NCBI RefSeq assembly: GCF_009914755.1
Contig: NC_060939.1
Length of the DNA: 64,000 bases
Source: the human T2T-CHM13v2.0 reference genome, Homo sapiens
Reading direction: 5' to 3' (one strand)
Of the stretch, positions 55,352-64,000 are shown one piece after another; positions within the stretch are counted from its first letter, which is position 1, and each line of letters opens with the position of its first letter. The position numbers and the translations under genes are program-made. Below the pieces are notes generated by a model. That model was not told the DNA's origin. It saw nothing but the letters and a program-made list of their open reading frames with translations, and did not search any database.

Positions 55352-56140
55352 TTATAGTTCTGTTTTCAGAGGCAGCCCAGCTTCACCCATTTTGACGATG
55401 CATTTTTCTATGTGGTATAGAAAATTAAAGAAGGCTTCTCTGGATGCCGTTCTAATTGTACCAAGTTTGAATCAATCACTTTGTAAGTTGAAGTATTCAA
55501 AAAGCTTATATAACCAACTACATGCTCACCATTTAAACATTTTTTTACAACATATATTAGAAAATACCCTCCCTCCAATATTTTACAAATAGAACTTATG
55601 TTTGCAGTTTCTTTCTAAGGTAATTGTAAAATCTGACTTTGATTATTTCACATATTAAAAATGATATAAAGGCTTATATCATAGATTTAAAGGCTGAGTG
55701 GTTTACTCTGTGTTACTCAGCTCAGCACTGCTAAGGCTGCCACTGTCAGGTACGTTGTGCCACCTGATGTGAGGCCGAATGAAGCACATGGCACTGCACT
55801 TGCAGTATCCTTCCCTAAAAGAGAAAAACAGTAAATCTAATCAACCAGGAGAATCAAACATCATGGTGAACAGCATCACAGAAATACAGTCAGCCTCATG
55901 GTACCCGTATGTCAAAAGATATCACCACTTTTCAGATTACTGGTATACATGACTGAACTGGTTCCAGAAAGTTAAAAATGTATGTACTCACCATAGTGAG
56001 CAGAAATTCATCTTACTGCAGAATTGCTTATTAAAATCAATTTTAAGTAATGTGCACTATTTGAATTTGGCAAAATGATATTTGTATTGCATGAATTTGC
56101 AAACAATTGAGGTTAAATGTATTTTTTTGCCTATTAGTTA

Positions 56141-56394
<254 letters not shown>

Positions 56395-56571
56395 CACTTT
56401 TTAAAAATAATTATCTATTGATATTTTTTCCCCATTGATTTGTTTGGACCGTTAGGGCTTTTTTGTTATATATATGAGATTTTCACTTAGTAAAGATTTT
56501 TACACATTTATCATAATTGTTGCAATTTTTTCCAATGTAATTAAATCTACTGCTACTTTCCTTTTCCTTTG

Positions 56572-56574
<3 letters not shown>

Positions 56575-56603
<29 letters not shown>

Positions 56604-56897
56604 GAGACAAGGTCTCACTCTGTCACCCAGGCTGGAGAGCAGTGGTGCAATCTCAGCTCCCTATGGCCTCAACATCCTGGGCTCAAGTGATCCTCTCACC
56701 TCAGCCTCCTGAGTAGCTGAGACTACAGGTGCATGCTACCACACCTGACTAATTAAATATCTTTTTTTTTTTTTTTTTTTGTAGAGACTGAATTTTGCCA
56801 TGTTGCCCAGGCTGGTCTCGAACTCCTGGGCTCAAGCTGTTCTCTTGCCTAGGCCTCCCAAAGTGTTTGTACTAAAGGCATGAGCCAGTGCACCCAG
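56575..56897 (-). mobile_element. AluJ with long T tracts
   Basis: AluJ diagnostics. Confidence 0.9.
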
Positions 56898-59252
56898 CAG
56901 AATTTCTAACATTGCTCTTTAACTTAGGAAATTAATTATTCCCCATTGAGGGAGGGAGATTCTGTTTGGTGAATAGAACCTGATAGATATGCAACTTTAT
57001 TTTCTCTATTTATGGACTGACATTTACATATTAACTATTTGATCTACCTAGGCGTTTCTGGTATAAGATAGGAAAAGATAATTTAACTTATATTTTCCCC
57101 AAATAAAAAATTCTTGGCTTGAACACCATATTGAATAATTCCTACTTTCTTATGGCTATTGGCAAGTGAAGTTATTATGTCATCAATTCCTTCTTTATTG
57201 CTGATCTAGGAAGACCAATTCTCTCAAAACTTGAATTACTTTGGTCTAGATGTATTCTGCTAAATTTTGTTATTTTTTTTTAGGTAAAAATGGAAGCTAG
57301 CTTTTTCCTCCCTATGTTACTGAGTGACAAATAATGGATCATCATTTGCAGTTTACATTAGTGAATATTTTCCCTGTTTATATTTTGTAAACTGATATCA
57401 TTTGATTTTCACTAATAGCAATAAATTTTGATTTCAGTTTGCATGCACTCATCTAAAAATTGGAAAGCCAATTTCTTCAATTACTGTAAGTAAAATCCTG
57501 ACTGATTCTAAATTTAAAATATATTCCTAAAGGGGAAGTACAAAATTAAGAAAAAAAATCAACTCACAAAACAGAGAAAATAATAACAGTCAACAAGTTG
57601 ATTAGACTAATAGACCACAAAGACATAAAGAGGAGGTGAGTTTTGTCATGGGAGAAAGGGAAGAAGAGGACCTCCCCCGACCCGACCCCCGAGGACAGTG
57701 CCAAAATGGGTTGCCCAGACATTCCAGAGAAAATTGCGAAATCCAGCAGGAATCCAGCCAGGCTAGATTCTGGTCTTCTGCTGGAATGTGTCATTTAATA
57801 TATATAAAACCCGGTGGTGAAACATTGGCTGCCTCTAGATACACTGCTGGGTTTAAATATATTAAATGATGCCAAAGAAAGAATACATGCCAAGTTTCTA
57901 CGAGCCTTACACAGTCATTCCTGCATGTCAAAATTGGGCAAGTAACTAGGAGGCCAGAGGTGCTAGAACTGAGTAGGAAAATAATCTGAAGACAGCAGAG
58001 CCATGCTAGCAATGAAATTATTAATACATTATTAAAACATTCTACTTTTCACAATCTAACACTGTAAATTCCTTCTTCTACAAATTAGTAAACAAATAAG
58101 CCAAATTGTTCAAGCTAAGTTGTACAACCTTTTCAAAGGCAATAGTAGAAAATGTTCACAAACTATTCATTGAGGGCCCACAGTGAGCTACATCAGAATG
58201 TGTTAAATTAAATATGCACCTTAGTTTACTGTGCTTTAGTAATAAAGATAAAGGATCTGTATTGACATTATGTTTTATGTTTCTTCCCTATGGGGGAGAA
58301 AAACCAAACACAAAATTTGTCCTTGAAAGCAGAGAGTAGTGACATGTGTTTCATGATACTGGTATCATTTATCACTAAAAAGTGGAGCCAGGCTGGGAGG
58401 AAGGGTTTGGAACAAACTATGCATGCACTGGACACATGAAACAACTGCAGCTGTTATCATCACTAGCCGCATAAAGGACCACTCTGTGACAATGCCTAAG
58501 GTCTATATATATGTCGGACCAATAAAGAATGGGCCATACAGATGTGCAATATCAGTACAGAATGTTCAAGTACTTGCTGTGGATCTCTCCCTATCCACTG
58601 CAGTTAACTCTCCAGATTATTCCCTGTGTGGGTCATACCTCATCCATGAGCCTCCAGGGATGGAGCACTAACCTCTGAATATTCCTGCTTTTGGTGTAGC
58701 TCCCAACAGGCTCTTCTAGGTACTCACTGAATAACTTTCCAGAGGGGCTTCACAGTTTATAGAGGAGCTATTTGGAAAGTCTCACAGGCATTAATTTAAT
58801 TTGTGCCTCGCGGGGGTGGGGGAAGACAACATTTGGGAAAAACATGGCTACTTTTGCACAAAATAAATTTTTGCATATGGGAGAGATTTTGCCTCTTAAA
58901 CAATATGTTCTTTTCTCCAAAGTTGCAGCTAAACTTCTAGACGCAAATTTTTCAGATCTTGAATTACACTTGAAAAATGAGGAAGAACAGGTAGTGAAAG
59001 ATAATTTTACGGTTGTGGAAAGTACTGACATCTGAGTCGGAAGAACAGAGTTTAAGGTTCAACTCAGTCAATTTCTAACTGTGTGATCTTGGGCAAATTG
59101 TTTGGCATAAACAAAAGATATAAACAAATATATTCTAACAGTGAATGTGAAAGCAAATACATACAACTGTTAGGTTTTCTTATTATCACATCCCCCCTCA
59201 GATTTGAGATTAGATCAATACTTTACAAAAAGCTGCCTTAAAATCAGAAAAT

Positions 59253-59560
<308 letters not shown>

Positions 59561-60619
59561 TCAAATCAAATCAAACCAGAAAATGGGTAATGGAAATATT
59601 AGGCAGATAGCATTGTTTATTTAGTAACTTTCTTTTGTCCATGACACAAATAGCCCAAAAGACTCAGACGAGCCACAGCAGCCTGCTTAGGGTAAAGAGG
59701 AAAGAAAAGGGGAGAAGAGGTGGCCCTGGAGACTCATTTCCTTCTTTTTCCATGGCTCAGCTTCCATGGCTCCTTAGGGCTGAGTTTGCTGATGGAAGAA
59801 CAGGCTCCAGAGGTCGCTTCTTCAGGGAGCCCCCCTTTCTAACAAGGCCTCTTCCTCAGCCTAGCAACTTCTGCAGTTACAAAGGAACATAGTGTTACCT
59901 GTTGCTTTGACCTCTAAGTATAGAGTGTTATGAGGGTGGGGTCCCTCGCCACTCGGATGCTAGCCACAGCATGCCCAGACCTATCTCTGGGTGGGATAAT
60001 GAGAGCTCAGGTGACCAGGTGCCTCTGATACTTCTCTACCTATACAAATTTTCCAATAAACTATTTTATATCGGTATTGTATGGTGCTAAAGGTGTAGGT
60101 CCATGCCCTAAATTACATTCTGGAAGATTTTCACCCCTAGTGAATATTGTCAGGGTAGGCTAGAGTAAGGAGAGTTGAGGGTCTGGGGCCCCATACCCCA
60201 ATAACCAGTGGGGTGACCTTGGGCAGGGTGCTTCACCTCCTGGGCCTAGTTTCCTCCTCTATGAGAGATACTCTTAAAGACTTTTCTCTTTTTTGTTGTT
60301 TATTTTTATCTCTGACTTTTCTAATTCTTTAGCACATCAGGTGCTTCTATTTCGACTACGGTTAATATGTGCGGTGTAAGGGACATTTCTCACCCAACCA
60401 GAATACCACATTAGCCAGAACCGCCTCACTCCTGGCAGTGGGAAACATGCAGCTTGCTAGACATGGAAAAGTTACTGCAGCCAACATGTACATTGTTTGT
60501 TTTGCTTTATCATGGAAAAATGTAAATATGCAAAACATAGGATGGTATGATGTAGTGCTATTCAAAGTGTGGTTTGTAGATCGCTGCCCATCCATGAGGA
60601 GATAAGTACAGAATTGAAA

Positions 60620-61330
60620 GTGAGGGAGAAGGAGGTGGGGTGGGCTCTGGGTTGCCCTTCCAGCCTCGGTTTTAGGTTGGTCCCGTGGGCCTGGGTTTGG
60701 GAGGGGGGTCGTGCTGTCTCAACATTCCTGCCCCTCCCTCTCATGGCAGCCAAACGCTGCATTTGTTGGTCTTGGGTGGGAGAGAGTTCCCCACTCTTCC
60801 CTCGTGGAGCTAACCTATGTTGGTGTTGGTGTCGGGTCCTGAACCCAAGACCATTTCCTGCCCCTCTCCCAAGGGTTTTTTCCTCCCCCAGTGACAGTAG
60901 GTCTGTGCCTGTGCCTTGAGGACAACAGGCTTTGCTGCCTCTACCCAATAACCAAAGGCACTTTCTTTCTAGGCCAGGACTGGAGAAGCAGAAGCGGCTG
61001 TCACCTCCTGCAACCTGCGCCCCCAGGGGCTTTCCCACTGCAAGCCCTGCCTTCATCTCCATCTTGCCCCGCCCTCACCCCGCCCCGTCTCTCTTCTGAA
61101 CACTCGGTGGGAACCTGGGAAAAAGAGCTTTTGGGGGATTGCCATCTCTCCTTGTGTCTATTCCACACTCGGTCTTTATTAAAATTTTTGCTGATTCTTC
61201 TCGCCCTCTTGTATGACAGCCGCTTCCTCCTCCGGTGCTCAGCCTCCGGGGAGACCTTGTGTGTCCCTCCCTCCTAGGTGGCACCCTGTCCCTCTCCGGA
61301 ACTCAGGCTACTTGGTTGACTTGCAACTTC
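60620..61330. promoter_or_regulatory. GC-rich enhancer/promoter-like segment
   Basis: Non-repeat sequence with raised GC; NF-kB consensus GGGGCTTTCC 61026-61035; tandem GC boxes 61066-61086. Confidence 0.5.
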
Positions 61331-61791
61331 AGCCCTCTGACAGGCTCAAGGAAAGTTACGATTTTGTAGTTTATCTAGCTTTCCCACAGTTTAGACACAT
61401 TTCCAGCTTTCTATAGCCTAAGTAGAGGAGGAAAAAAACGATTTGTTTTGTATACAAATTTAAAAATGACTATCCTGAGTTTGCTGAAATTTCTTTAAAA
61501 ATTTGTTCTTCCATCTCCATCAATATACCTCAAGGACACTGGGTTCTTAAAATGAGTGCTACTAAAAACAAAACATAGAAACAGTTTAGATATGCTATAT
61601 TGCCCTCTGTGAACAGTGGCATCGCTAATTCCACCTGGCTTGGATAAGGTTATACACAAGAATGACCTCACTTCTCACATTAAAAACTTTAAATAATTTA
61701 TTGACACACACAGTGTTCATCAAAAGCGTTTTTATAGATGTTTAATGTGAAGACTTCCTATTTCATAAATTTTGTATAGCTACAGTGATGA

Positions 61792-62146
<355 letters not shown>

Positions 62147-62295
62147 TGATTGCATATATCTATGTCACATTTTAAATAAACAGAGTATAATTTTTATAAC
62201 TTTATTTTCCCATTTGTTGCTTGTTCTGACTATATGTATTAAAAATACCTATGTTGAGTCTAATAATAAAATTGGAGATTATGTTGTTGCATGTC

Positions 62296-62598
62296 TTTTT
62301 TTTTTCTTTTTTTTGAGACGGAGTTTCGCTCTTGTTGTCCAGGCTGGAGTGCAATCGTGAGATCTCAGCTTACCGCAACCTCCGCCTCCCGGTTCAAGCG
62401 ATTCTCCTGCCTCAACCTCCTGAGTAGCTGGGATTACAGGCATGCACCACCACGCCCAGCTAATTTTGAATTTTTAGTAGAGACGGGGTTTCTTCATGTT
62501 GGTCAGGCTGGTCTCGAACTCCTGCCTCAGGTGATCCACTCGCCTTGGCTTCCCAAAGTGCTGGGATTACAGGTGCGAGCCACCACACCCGGCCGGCC
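62296..62598 (-). mobile_element. Alu (AluSp-like)
   Basis: ACCGCAACC and CATGTTGGTCAGGCTGG diagnostics. Confidence 0.92.
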
Positions 62599-62609
62599 CT
62601 CTTTTCCTT

Positions 62610-64000
<1,391 letters not shown>

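Noticed and set aside
58772-59035. ORF containing a Walker-A-like ASRGWGKTT
   Set aside because: Non-ATG start, short, no recognisable NTPase context or clear splice sites; such a motif is expected by chance
60562-61277. 116-166 aa ORFs in the GC-rich segment
   Set aside because: Overlapping on both strands, no recognisable domain; explained by base composition

Overview
This is repeat-dense primate genomic DNA, most likely human, since SVA elements are hominid-restricted. It reads as intronic or intergenic sequence. I see no intact protein-coding exon, no rRNA/tRNA and no CRISPR array, and almost every ORF in the track is an Alu/L1/SVA read-through. Main contents: (1) a near full-length CIAPIN1 (anamorsin) processed pseudogene (6269-7915, +) inserted into a 5'-truncated HMGB3-like 3'UTR retrocopy (5595-8083, -), which itself sits in an old L1, with both TSD pairs still readable; (2) a CpG-rich promoter-like segment with a near-consensus ZNF143/SBS site (~16450-16830); (3) a full-length SVA with a 16-bp TSD (31381-33664, -); (4) a strong CTCF motif (48537-48555) between two CpG-retaining Alus; (5) a GC-box/NF-kB-rich segment near 61 kb; (6) about 40 Alus, many L1M/L2/MIR, ERVL/MLT/LTR16 and DNA-transposon fossils. 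Structure not explained by repeat families includes several local templated copies (284 bp, ~215 bp, ~60 bp, and an inverted 30 bp), micro-palindromes, an unidentified candidate retrocopy at ~38.6-38.9 kb, and an ~85-nt pre-miRNA-like hairpin at 57.8 kb. I find no convincing new biological system; the cluster of local templated insertions is the most unusual pattern. Repeat subfamily names come from recall of consensus sequences, and boundaries of old repeats are approximate.
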